A stretch of 64,000 nucleotides of DNA from Macrostomum lignano (GCA_002269645.1 NIVC01000839.1:371110-435109); one strand, 5' to 3'. Positions 37,265 through 49,563 are shown, counted from the stretch's first letter. Numbers and translations: made by a program. The notes: generated from the sequence alone by a model not told the origin.

Positions 37265-39867
37265 ATGCATGCATGGATAATAGGTAAGTATTAAGTCAAC
37301 TTTTAGCATTATTTATTTACTCTGCTACGGAGGTACGTGTGATAAGTTAGCTTAGATAGATAAGCTGTCTGTTTTAACCGTTATATATCTATGGCTAGTA
37401 TAGATTAGCAATCCATTGTAACCATTAATAATCTATGGGATAGTATAGATTAGCAATCCATTCTACTCACTAATTATTAAACTTTATGTTAACACTAATT
37501 TGTTAATTCCAGCTTAAAATTTGAAATGATACTCTTAATAAATCTTTGGAAATCTCATTAGATTTTATTCGAGTAGATTCAAAGAAAACCTCAATCTTCA
37601 AGCCTATAAAAAGTGGACACAAACTTTACACACACAGGAATGATCAGATCACCATACCTCCCATCTTTACCTTATAGAACACTAGGTCCTAAGATAGGGT
37701 TTCATGCATAATTAATATACCCGATGCACTGCCTAGACTAGAAGTTAAGACGATTTAGAGATCTATAGATACGTGTAGAAAGGTGTGTAATAGTAACTGC
37801 AGAAGCTTAGGTACGGAATACTCAAAAACATACACCAATCTTATGCATCATTAATTTACACACAATGTATACCAAATCACCTTATATACATGCCTTGTTA
37901 GTACTTTATATACTTTCTTTTACTGTATCCTTTGAAATTTTGGCTTAGCTCTGCTCGTGCAATTAACGCCAACCCTAAAGGCACAGTGAAGTTTACATGC
38001 CTAACGATAAATAAAGTTAGGGCCGCAGTACACTCCTGTGTGATTGCCTGCTCAGAGGAGTCGGCGGAATGGGCAGTGATCCTCTCGACGGTTGTGTGAC
38101 AAATATCGCTGCCAGTGTGATAAAAAACTGTATTTTGCCAATGTTAGAAACTGGCAGTACTTCACTTGTCAAAGAAAGCATCGTTAAACCCTGGGGGAGT
38201 TTGGCTAGGAAACTCTAGTCTGTGACTGTTTGCCTGTCTATCGAAAATTTGATTACTTCTAGCAGATAATATGCGCGCTGGTCAGTAAGCAAGCAAGCAA
38301 GTGTGCCACCCTCGCCTTTCTCTCTGTAGCCATGCAGTCCTTTTTCGAGTAACTCGAACAGTTCCAGTAAATTGGTAGAATGTTGTTTTTTTCCCGATAG
38401 TACAGTTGGGAAATATGCTCAACGCAAAACTTTCCATCTCTATGTAATAATACGAGTACACTGCTCTGGTAGATCCCCGAACGAGAACAAAAATTGATAA
38501 AACTTTCAGTTCTACTACTGAGCCAGTACAGACTACAGCTAGTGACAGCATCTAACCCTGAAGGAGAATCGTGCGAAAGTAAGCGAACTTATATTTATTA
38601 ATTAAGAAATAATTTTCAACTTTTATAATTCAGTATTGTCTGACCTAATCACTTGGCTTTTACGGTAGAAGTAATGAAAACTTCGTGAAAAAATGGTCGT
38701 TTAAAGAACTAGCTTGACATTTCACAGATTGCAAATTGACCTTTCACAGATTGCAAATTGACCTTCACAGATTGAAGCTTGACCTTTCACAGATTGCAAA
38801 TTGACCTTTCACAGATTGAAGCTTGACCTTTCACAGATTGCAAATTGACCTTTCACAGATTGAAGCTTGACTTTCACAGATTGAAGCTTGACCTTTCACA
38901 GATTGCAAATTGACCTTCACAGATTGAAGCTTGACCTTTCACAGATTGCAAATTGACCTTCACAGATTGAAGCTTGACCTTTCACGGAGCAGAGCTTGAC
39001 CTTCCAGAGCACAGCTTGACCTTTCACAGAGCACAGCTTGACCTTCCATAGAGCACAGATTGACCTTTCACAGAGCACAGCTTGACCTTCCAATACCCCT
39101 CAGAGAAGATCATCAGCTGCATCCAGTGTAGCACAGACTCCGGAGATGCGGGATCAACGCTGTGCAACGATCCATTTGACTCTAGAATACAGAAAGAATT
39201 TAAACGAATATACGACTTAAGTCCGGTTACTAAGAAAACGGTTGCCATGTACAACATTAGCACAGTACTGTGCGATGGATTCTGTGTCAAATGGGTTAAA
39301 GCTACAGCAACTGGTAAGGGAAGTTTTGGTTGTCAATATGTGCTGGAAAAGTTAAAAAAACGGATTAAAAAATGGGACTAGGCCATAGACATAATGCAAA
39401 TCGGATTATTAACTATCAACTTCCATTGACAGAAGCGATAATTACCGTCACGCAACACAAAGAGCTTCACACTTCACAGACGATTTAACGCATGTACACA
39501 TGAATGTCAAAGAAACAGACAGCGAGGGGTTTTAAGCTTGGGGTAGAGGCAGAGTTAGAAGATGCCTATTTAAACATGAAAAGCCAACAGAATTCTCTGT
39601 CATAACCATTGTTAAGTGCCATTAAACAAAAACATTTTTCCAGGTCATTTGCTAAGCATATTGCGCACCTGTTCAAACAATCTGGAAATGCGATTTTCGC
39701 AAACAGCATCTGTCTGTATTTTTGAATCGCGAACAGGCAAAGGTCAGATGTGCTTCTGTCGGGAGGCGCTGTGCAACGGAGGCTGGCGACAAGCAAGTAA
39801 CCGAGGAAACAAGCTAATGTTTGCGTTAGTAGCAACAGCGGTTACTATGACAACAACAGTGCTTTAA
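37265..39867 (+). CDS. Quiver/sleepless-like Ly6/uPAR (three-finger) GPI-anchored protein, about 173 aa
   Basis: Exons 37265-37283, 38510-38578, 39104-39313 and 39644-39867 join in phase 1. They give signal peptide MHAWIIVLLLSQYRLQLVTA, then CIQC...CNDPF...CDGFCVK...RTC...CFCREALCN (Ly6 CN signature) and a hydrophobic GPI-type tail. Exons 1-2 are less certain than exons 3-4. Confidence 0.8.
37941..38110 (+). mobile_element. Dispersed repeat family B (SINE-like 3' part), copy 1
   Basis: Shares ggcacagtgaagt.tacatgcctaacgataaataaag and gaggagtcggcggaatgggcag with 58168-58432. Confidence 0.7.
38712..39091 (+). repeat. 22-bp minisatellite directly upstream of the Ly6 exon-3 acceptor
   Basis: ttgacctttcacagattgcaaa / ...attgaagc, about 17 copies. 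Confidence 0.95.
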
Positions 39868-40111
39868 TGTTGATAAGACCTCGAGTAAAAGTAGAAAGTT
39901 ACAAGTTACTCAAAATTTAATATATTCTGACCAAAAATAACTTTTTAAAAGAATGCTAAGGCATCTCATATTTGTTCATCGCTTATTTACTTCCCTACTT
40001 TTCCCTTCACAGAGTACAGCTAGATTGATGCTTCAGCCCGAGAGTAAAGCTTGAACCCTTTCGCCCTTAAAGAGAGTACAGCTTGACCTCTTTACAGAGT
40101 AGAGCTTGACC

Positions 40112-40285
40112 CATGCTTGGGCGCAACCTTTGGATTCACTCGGCCGTTTCTATTGGCAACACACACACGTAAGTCGCTATTGGATGGAATAGTAGTCACG
40201 TGACTGCTCTCAGCCAATACCGACTTACATGTATGTGTTGCCAATAGAAACGGCCGAGTGATTCCCAAAGTTGCGCATGTATGCC
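40112..40285. mobile_element. Palindromic MITE related to 22900-23175
   Basis: Almost fully self-complementary (cactcggccgtttctattggcaacaca / tgtgttgccaatagaaacggccgagtg). The right end GTTGCGCATGTATGCC is identical to the 22.9-kb element TIR. GACC(C) is duplicated on the flanks. Confidence 0.8.
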
Positions 40286-40299
40286 GACCCTTGGCGGCT

Positions 40300-43200
40300 T
40301 GATTGAAGGAATGTACTTTCTTGTCTCAGAAATGAAATACCTATTAGATAAAAAGTCTACACTTGTAAATCAATAGTCTTAAATTCTTTAAAATCAGAAG
40401 CTCAATCCTGATTAATAAGAATGAAGATGTTTGAGATAAGCTTTATTAAGATATCTGTGTGTTTCAATTGTGTTTTTAATATAGCATACACATAGCTTCA
40501 TATTCCCACCTAGATGATTATTGCATTGGCTGAGACATGGATTATTGCACAACCTAATAAAGAAATTATTGCATTAGCAGAGGAAATATTTGCACTAGCT
40601 ACTTGCTGTCTGGTGGATGCTTGCTATTGTATCTGGGGAGTGCTTACTATTGGGGGATGCTTGCTCTTGAGGGGGGATACTTGCTATTTTGGAGAGGGGG
40701 TACTAACTACATGTATCTATGGAATTCTTTCTATCTAGGGACGCTTGCTATTTAGGCATTCTTGCTATCTGCAGGATGCTTGCTATCTGGGGGGATACTT
40801 GCTATCTGGGTGGATGCTTGCTATCTGAATCATGAATCTCTATCTATATCTTTGTCTAGGACAATTTTACACGAATAAGGTAATTTTTAAAACTGAAGAA
40901 AGAATTGGTTCTTAAGAAAATGTTCTTTCTAAATTGTTTATAAGAATAATTTTTGCTCCTTGCTTATTGGGCACCCCACAGGGGGCACTAGATTGCTAGT
41001 ATTACTACTTAAAGTACTATAACAAATGTATAATAAAATATCATAGAATTATAACATGATTATAAAGCAAGTGTTTTATACATTGATATAATATAACTAA
41101 ATATCTATGCTACAACTTTATTAGGGCATTGGGATAATATTTAAAGTTAATAAACATAATAAAAAGCATATCCCTAGCAAAGTAGGACTTTTTCATTAAG
41201 CTGATAAAAACTTTTAACATATTTAACAACTCAGTTAAGTGAAAAAATAGGACATACAATATAAATTTAGATGAACAAGAGACTACAAAGAATCACTTAG
41301 TATCTTTAAAAAAATTCTAGTATATGAAGCAACCCTAAAACTAAAAATTAGCACAATAAAAAAGTATAATTGTTTGATACTAGAAAACTTCAAATAGTAG
41401 GAATTATATGGGATAAACCCTTAGCATAACTGAGCTAATTTTTCTACCATTTTAATTTCTTTTAATTTTAAAAAATTACCTTTATTGTCAGCTGGTAGTC
41501 ATTTCATCAATTAAAGATATATTGTATCTTAATTAGGCAAATAAGTGATTTATAGACACTTAGCCTAAAACCTAGGCCTATCTTAGGTAGGAAATACCAT
41601 AGAATATCATATAAAATGCTCATTTGCACTCTCTACATGAAATTTCAAGACAAAAATATAAATATTATTTATACATCTATACATTCATATTTTATATTCT
41701 TTTAAATGTAGTCAACATTATAGGGAATTCTAGGCCCTCTAGCCAAAATTCTAGGAGCTATGCAATAGACAATTTTTTTAAGGACATAGCCATTCCTTTC
41801 TATATTGAGTATAAGAAATACTTGCTTTTTAAGTCTTACTTTGTTGGCATGGCTAACTGAATCTAAACATGTAATTTCCATTTTATATTAGCTCGTATGC
41901 TATGTTGCACTCTAAGCTTCTTTATATGTCAATAGATTTGCACTGACAATGTGCATCTTTTAACTATACCATTGACATGTTATTTTGCAAAAAAATATTG
42001 TTAGAATTTGCCATATAAACAAATATATTAAAATATGTTTATATTTATTAATAACTTTTTTAGTAGCTATGCTTTGTTAGTTGCTTTGTTTTAAACAATG
42101 CTTTTGTCATTGGCATTTTAAAAAGTATTATTTGTTTCTATTCTTCTTTGCTAACTAAAAGTGATAGGGGGCCTATTAAACATCAATACAATTAAAAGTT
42201 GGACAAAATCACATTTTTGAGACTCAAGATCTATGCATTTGCTTTATTTAGATATTAAAACTAAGATTGAGATTGAGAAAAAATACTAAGATCTTAACTA
42301 TTGAGATTGAGATCTTATCCAACCTATAAATATAATATGCAAAACAATTATTTTATAAGTATTAAATTTCAGGGGCATGCTCAGTATTAGAGTGCATCTA
42401 CCTAGCATCAGTATGTCATAGTGGATACATTTATAAATTTGGTTTAGGGCATTCTGACATTGCACTTAGAATCTAGCTAGTATAATCCAAACTATAATTA
42501 AAAGCTAAAAAGTTAAAAGCTAAATTAAAATAAAAAATAATTTTGTAAACAAAACTAAACTGTCATTAATTCCAAAAATTTGTTAAAACAATAGACACCT
42601 ATTATGATAAGTAGTGTTGGGCAAAGTGTTGGGCAGACTTGGGTAATGGAAGTTACTTGAGTCCAGTCTTCTGGTACTTGAAATGAAGTTTTAGGTGCCA
42701 AACAGCCAATTTAACACTAAATATTTCTAAAAAGTGCAAAAATTTTACCAAAATACTTGTAGTACAATTATAAAAAGGTAAAAAGAGGTGATCCTAGATC
42801 ACATGGTTTTTACTTATTAAGTTAAAGCACGTTTTAAGCATCATAGAATCCTAGAATGAAGTGATTATTGGTAGGATCATTAGCAATACATTAGGATGCT
42901 AACATTTATGATTTGTGAAAAAAATTTTGAAGGCCAATTTTTTCATTTCAATGTTTGTGCAGGACAACGACATGAGTGATGCATTCTAAGAGTGTTTTGA
43001 CTTTTCACTTTTGAGGCTAATTATAATTTTCTAATTGTAACACAGAAGCACTAATCAAGATATTGCATATTTTAAGTCTTTTGCATTGGTTTGTCTATCA
43101 AATTCTAGCTATTTGTTGTCCTAGCATCTTTTTTCTTAATTGTCAACTGGTATTTCCAAGGCTGCTAGAAGATTATCATTGATTCTAAATGAGTCAGCAG

Positions 43201-45310
43201 TGTACAAAAGTATTCTTACACTACTGTAAAAGTATAGCTGCTATAAAACTATAGCACAATACTGCAATAATTATTTGTAGTAGGGCAACAAAAATGACCC
43301 ACACAAAATAAAAGTCTCCTAAAATATTCTACTCATTGTGACATCTATCAAAAAAACTTATCTCCAAACATACTTCTGATGAGTCAGAATCAATATCTGA
43401 AATTTGGCCTTCAAAATTTTCTGCAAATTGTGAGTATAACATCTTGATATACTGCTAATCCTTGTTTTATAAAAGGTTTTTGCTTATTCACTTAAATTTT
43501 GGATACGATAATGATAAAAAATACAATGTAGCATCTTTATGTATGTCGCACACTTATATGCCTGCTTAGGGGAGTTGGTGGAATGGGCAGTAATGCCTCT
43601 CGCTAGTTGTGTGCCTATGTTGCTTAAAGTGTGCCAAGGTGCACACAACCCCCTGCCTCTAAAAAATATCTTTATTTGAGGAAAAAAAGCATGTTTAACT
43701 TTAGACCAACATATTTTTTTGTTTTTTTTTCACAAAGACATGTTTAAGAACTTTTTAATTGGCAATTCTTTAAAATTAGAAAGACTAATAATGGAAGTAC
43801 CAAAACTTACTTTTTTTAAAAAGTAGGCCTACCACAATATCCGAACAAGTGCTAGAAGTTACTTTTCTTGGAACCAGAAGTTACTTAACCAGAAGTTTCT
43901 ACACTGATTATAAGGGCCTAAATTAGGCCTATCTACCATCCTACTTAGCTTGGCTTAATTTGGCTATAGGCCTACATCTAGAGATATAGGCATAATAACT
44001 ATTTTTAGCATATGCTCTATTCTAATTAAATAGAAATCTAAATCTTTACAATGGAATCAAAGGGACTATTAGTATCATTGATATAGGCCTATGATTGCAA
44101 TAGCAATTGATATTGCTAGGCCTAGGCATATTATGATACATTATTTAAGCTTCTAGCAAATGTTAAAATTCAAAAATAAAATTGCTAGTATAGCAATATT
44201 TTGGCTTAAGGCTTATTAGTGGAACAAATCATTAATTAAATGATGAAAAACTTTGAATGAAATAGGCCTAATTTGGCCTAGGCTTACTAAATCAGATTTA
44301 AATAAAAACAATTGGATGCATTCAAATTTGGCAACAAACAAATTTAACAATAAACAAATTTGGCAATAAACAAATTTGGCAACAAACAAATTTGGCAATA
44401 AAAAGTTAACATAGACCAATTTGGCAAAAGCAAATAATTAGGCAACAATCTAATCAAATTCTACAATATATATTTTTATAATTAAAGTCAAAACAAGTTA
44501 AAGCAAATTACATGTAATAAAAGCTTTCTTAAAATGCTTATGAAAGTTTATAATATGAAATAATGGCTGTATAAGCATGTTAAAATAACTGAAAAATGCA
44601 TAATAGAATAGGGGCCACTTGATACTTTTAAATTTTGTCATTTTTTGCATGGCATATTTTTGCAAATCCCTTTTCCCAACATAGTATTGTAACCAATAGA
44701 AGGACATTATTAGGCATATAAGAAAATCATTTATGTATGTATTCAATAGGCCTATGCATTGAAGAATAACATTGTACTAAAGGAATTATCCAAATTAGTC
44801 CTATATACAATTGAATTGTTTTTCCTTTATTAATTTTCACCAAATTTGCCTAGATGGTTGCTGAATTTTACCAAATTTCTTGTTGCCAAATTGGTCAGCA
44901 CTCAGCACCCAAAGAATCATTGGGCCTAGCCTAGGCCAGGGATGGCCAATGGGTAGGCTCACTTGGCATGCTATGCCATATAGCCAAGCTATGCACTTAA
45001 TATTTTAATAGTGATTATTTAAATTTAACAATATGATGTTTAATTTAATTATATCAACAGTGTAGTTTCAATAATAAATTTCAATATTTTAATAGGCCTA
45101 GCAGAGAATTTACAATATCAAGACATCAAGTCACAACTTCACAAGCAGTTTGCAGTAGTTGTAGGCCAATACTATTATATGCCCTACACTGATGAACTAA
45201 TATATAATCATACTCGTAATATTGTTTTGATTTCATCATTTTAGACAATAATGGATGATAGACTATTGAGTCATGAAAATGCAGTGAGTGGGTGGGTGTG
45301 TGTTACTAAT
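40300..45310. other. AT-rich, strongly CpG-depleted block of decayed repeats
   Basis: About 10 CG dinucleotides counted by eye in about 5 kb, while CG is common on both sides. It contains degraded inverted repeats and a CG-to-TG-mutated copy of family B. Confidence 0.85.
43535..43670 (+). mobile_element. Family B repeat, CpG-decayed copy
   Basis: ggagttggtggaatgggcag...atgttgcttaaagtgtgcc aligns to ggagtcggcggaatgggcag...atgtcgcttaaagtgcgcc at 58.3 kb. Confidence 0.8.
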
Positions 45311-45911
45311 ACGACTGTACATTTACCATTTCGTGTCAGTTAATTTAAATGTGACAGCCATTCATTCATAGAAACATAGAGAATCATCGTACGATGTTTT
45401 TTCCGTTTTTTATTTTACACTTCTATAAATATACTAAATCTCTAAGGTTTGTATGTCCATAACGCTCTAGAGATTGCAATTCTTGACCAATTTAAATTAC
45501 TAAATTTAATACTACAGTATATACAGCCTATTGAGCTGTACACAGTGGCTATGTATATCCCAATGGAAATACATGTACATGTACTGCAGCTGTACGAGCT
45601 ACATATTTGTATTTTGAACATATTAGCTACGCGAAATAGGTATTAATTAATTATTCTTTGCTATTTCATGAAATAATCATAATCATTTAAATAATCATGA
45701 AATAAATATTGCGTTTCATGAAGAGGGATGACAATTTAACAAGTTACAAGTGATAAGTGACAATTTGTCAAGCCGTTTTTGCCGTTCTTTTGGCCATAGA
45801 CAACACAGATTTAGTTTGAGCACTATCGAAGGTTCCCACTTGTCAATGACAAGTCTACAAGTGGCCTAAGCTCTTGTCAACAGTCTACTTAGATAGAGAA
45901 ACAAAAACATA

Positions 45912-46485
45912 CACTCAGCAACATTGAAAAGTTTCCACCCTAGCGCGCGAAGGGTCAACGTTTTGGTAGGTGGAGATATTCGTGGTTTGAGCCATAGACA
46001 AATATATAATCCGGATTCAAACGAAGCAAAGGAACAGCAAAGGAATAAAGTACGCGAGCATGGGTGACAACTTGCCCAGAACAGGGTCAGTAACGCGTAT
46101 AGCAGCCACGTGCGTGCAGCAGAGCGCTCACTCTCCGGGGCATCCCCAGAACCAGCAGGCGTCGCAGAAAATCTTGCGGTAGTTGTTGCCATGCAGTAGA
46201 CAGTGATTCGCGCTAAACGTGCTCTATGGGATTCATGTCCGGTGATCGGGACCGCCCGCCTGCGACCGCCCAATTTGGCGAGCAACAGCTCGGATGGACA
46301 TCCCAGCATCCAGCATGCCAATGGCGCGCGCTCGTTCCAGGTCGGTCACTTGGCGAACCATTGCGTTCGGTTGCGAACGTGGATTTTAGACTCCTGTAAG
46401 CTGCTGCTGTCTGCTCCATGTGACTGTTTCCTTCGACCTGCCTGGCGTCTATGACCCAGGTTTTTGTCTATGGCCCAAATGAGTG
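45912..46485 (-). mobile_element. Internally deleted Tc1/mariner element
   Basis: Left end is TA plus CACTCAGCAACATTGAAAAG. Inner inverted motif tttgagccatagacaaa / ttgtctatggcccaaa. The right TIR is not intact. Contains transposase remnants. Confidence 0.85.
46087..46361 (-). pseudogene. Tc1-family transposase remnant
   Basis: N-terminal HTH MVRQVTDLERARAIGMLDAGMSIRAVARQIGRS is joined out of frame to SRSPDMNPIEHV* (the Tc1 SPDLNPIE motif, with W changed to stop). This is followed by C-terminal AWQQLPQDFLRRLLVLGMPRRVSALLHARGCYTRY*. Confidence 0.9.
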
Positions 46486-48276
46486 TTGATGAAATTATCA
46501 ATCGTCTTGATAGAAACTATTTTGAGCCCCTGAGCGGCAACCGTTTACCCTTTTCTTTACCGTTTCCCTTCCCCTACTGTTTTCTTCCCTTACTGTTCCC
46601 GTCCCCTTCCCCTTCCGTTTCCTTACGGACCCTTTGGAGCTGTAAAAACGATAAGTCCGCTTGGAGCCCCTTCTCCCTTTCCGGTACAACTCCCTTGGCT
46701 TTAACCTACTGGCGCGTCTCGGATCTGGACTGATCGTCCGTGACTGCAGCAGCCGCCGTCGTATCCGACGACCACCGTGCCAAGCAGAATTGCCCGTCGG
46801 CCCAGGTAAAGTTCTTTCTCTGTATGTTGGGTAGAAGTCATAGCGCTGCCCTTGGGTATAGTCAGCCCGCGGTCTCCCCCCGCCATTCCCCATCATCTCC
46901 TAATTTTGCAATCTTAACTTATTAATTCCGGTTTTAATAATTAACCGAGCGGTTAAGGCCACAAGTTAAGGGCCAGTAATTCAGGGAATTAGCTATTCAA
47001 CTCGTTTGCAATTCTGTCTGTTTACTTATGTACTACGAGACGTGGTACAAAATGTGAGTAGTGGTTAGTAGTGGTGCGCCTGTCGCAGGGCATGCATGGA
47101 ATAGAAGCTGAGGATCAGAGTGGAAGATCACCGCGGAGTATTAGCCGAATTTAAGCAAAAATCTATATAGCCTGTAACAATACTTCTAAATAAGTCCCCG
47201 TAGTATGTGCATCACGCGAGAGCTCTGGGTCCTGCAGTTTTTTACTGTATTATCCACCTTGGAATCCTGCATGGGGTTTAAAAGGGAATCGTAATCTAAA
47301 GTCGCTCACCAGCTAAAAGATCCCTCTATGTAAAAGTCCTCTCGCGATCGTTTCCAGCACTGACTATAGACTGTCCTTGAATGCCCTGCATAGAGTCCCT
47401 TCTGGCGTGTACCTTCAAACAAACCAGGACCCCGCTGTCTAGATAATGGCATCTTGGCCGCAACGTCAACTACCGCGCACCATCCAGAGGCCTGGTGGCC
47501 GTACCTTTCAGCGCCATATCCCAGGGGTTTGCACGGGTATTTTTATGCAGCCAAGTTTACGTCAATAGCTTAATTACAGCCAACTACATGTATATACAAG
47601 TCTTGAGAATATCGAATCTTTATCGAACCTTACCTCACGCTGATCAGAACGAGCAGGGAGGGTCAGCACTCCAGTCCCGCTGTTTGCCAACGCCCGGTCG
47701 CGCTGCACGCACAGGCTGCCCTAGTGACAGAATGCCTACTCTCCGGACCCCAAAGAACTCATCACACCAAGGACTCGCACACTTACGTGGCCAAACCAAA
47801 CGTGCAAACCAAAAGTGCAAACCAAACGCACGCCCCGGCCAGAATGCTACGGCGGAGCCAATCAGCATGCGGGGAGGGGTAGAGAACTGACGCGAGAGAG
47901 GCGCACGAGGGAAGGGGCTTAGAGGCAGACGAGGGTATGGACGAACTGACGAAATGAGCAACAGGCGAAAAAAATAAACAAAAAATAGAGAAAATAGTGC
48001 AAATGATGAATAAAAAAATATGAGTGAGTGCAAGTAAAGTCTTGCAGCCGACATCACCACAGAAAGGCGGTTTATAATGCCACGTACCGAAACCAATCTC
48101 ACCACAGCATACGCTAAAGGGATTGCGATCTTTTCTAGCCAATGAAAAGCATTGCAGTTACAGTGTACAGACTTATAATACAGCTGAGGCTAAAACCGGC
48201 TCTATACACCGATAAAGTCGTATATTATTTACAATCAGCTGCAAGACTTTTGAACGGATCTTAAATTAACAAGAAA

Positions 48277-49215
48277 ATGTTGTCTGCAGTAAATCTGCTT
48301 CCGTTGTTTATTTGTTTAAATTCTGCTTGGCCTCAGGCCCGAACAGAGTCATGCTTTGAAGTTCAGAAGCTCAACGGTTGCGCTGATTGCTTGAAGAGCT
48401 TAGCAAACAAGACGGCCATACCGAGAAATGCCTGTTGGATAGCAAAGCTGCAAAATGAGTTCGAATCGAAAATGATTTGGCGCGCCAGTCAAGTTCTTCT
48501 GAACGGCAGCTCAGGCGAGTGCCACCTACTGAGCAGCGAGTGCCCGCTAAAGTGCCTGCCATCGTCGTCCGATGGACTTTTGGAGTCCTGGCTTCCGTGT
48601 CGGGCACCAGATGCCCCGGTAGTGTCGCATCTGATCTTCACCATCAAAGCTGAAGTTGGCCGCAAGGCCTACAACTCTTTCGTCACAGCATCTGGCAATG
48701 AGCACGTCCTAACGGTTGAGAGCGAGAGCTCAACTGCTGGACTGCCGGATGTGTTCCGCTCGGATCTTCTGGACAATTTGGACGAACTGAAAAACTTTCT
48801 AACCATGAAAGAGTTTCGCGTAATCGTGTACAAATCAAACGTTCCCGTTATTCGATTGACGTTTGACGTATCCAAGCCGGGACTCACGGCGCAGAGTTGG
48901 TTCGCCCTCGATTGCCTCAAATCGAGCTGGCCTGTAGATGGCCTCGCTAACAGGACTGTCAACTATTTCTCCGTAGCTGGTCACGTGTCTACCGTCATAG
49001 GATGGAGTCACGAGCGCAGGTTTTTCATCAACTACAACTACGGCGGTTGCCCTTCTGACAATGGACTGCTAATGATAATGGATACCGATGATGTCTGCCC
49101 ATTTTCTAAGGGAAACTTCACTGCCGCGCCGAGGATTTTGTTCACGAATAGCTCGACTGGTCACTGGAATACGGACGTTCAGAAGGCCGACAGGCTGTCT
49201 ATCTTTGCTGTCTAA
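48277..49215 (+). CDS. Intronless secreted protein, 312 aa, Cys-rich N-terminus plus uncharacterised C-terminal domain
   Basis: Long non-repetitive ORF with hydrophobic signal peptide MLSAVNLLPLFICLNSAWPQA. The C-terminal segment SWF..CLKSSW...FSVAG...RRFFINYNYGGCPSDNG...C...AD looks like a structured domain. Confidence 0.85.
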   Translation: MLSAVNLLPLFICLNSAWPQARTESCFEVQKLNGCADCLKSLANKTAIPRNACWIAKLQNEFESKMIWRASQVLLNGSSGECHLLSSECPLKCLPSSSDGLLESWLPCRAPDAPVVSHLIFTIKAEVGRKAYNSFVTASGNEHVLTVESESSTAGLPDVFRSDLLDNLDELKNFLTMKEFRVIVYKSNVPVIRLTFDVSKPGLTAQSWFALDCLKSSWPVDGLANRTVNYFSVAGHVSTVIGWSHERRFFINYNYGGCPSDNGLLMIMDTDDVCPFSKGNFTAAPRILFTNSSTGHWNTDVQKADRLSIFAV

Positions 49216-49384
49216 CTGACTACTCCGCACTGAATGTCTCTGCAGCTTGCTAGACGCTAGTGAACGCTAAGTAGAGAGAGAATTGAGAACTTCTACTACA
49301 CTTTTGTCCCGACTTTTTGCTGTTCTAAATTCTCCTTTTTTAAAGAACATACACATGTAAATTAAAAGTTGTGGATTACATGTA

Positions 49385-49563
49385 TACTCAGCAACATTGA
49401 AAAGTCGCCACCCTCCGTCTAATATACTAAAAATGAAAATCTTGCTTGCTTTTATGTTTGTATCCTAGATACTAAAAATGGTCTGTCGGTATCTAGATAG
49501 GTAGGCCGTATGTAATCCATTTCAGAAATCTCAAACGTGGCGACCTTTAAATGTTGTTGAGTA
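49385..49563. mobile_element. Tc1-family MITE, 179 bp
   Basis: TA TSD on both sides. 27-bp TIR TACTCAGCAACATTGAAAAGTCGCCAC (3 mismatches between ends), nearly identical to the left end of the 45912 element. Confidence 0.85.

Noticed and set aside
40300-45310. Fungal-type RIP as the cause of the AT-rich block
   Set aside because: CA and TG remain abundant and the diagnostic changes are at CG, which fits CpG deamination rather than CpA-targeted RIP.
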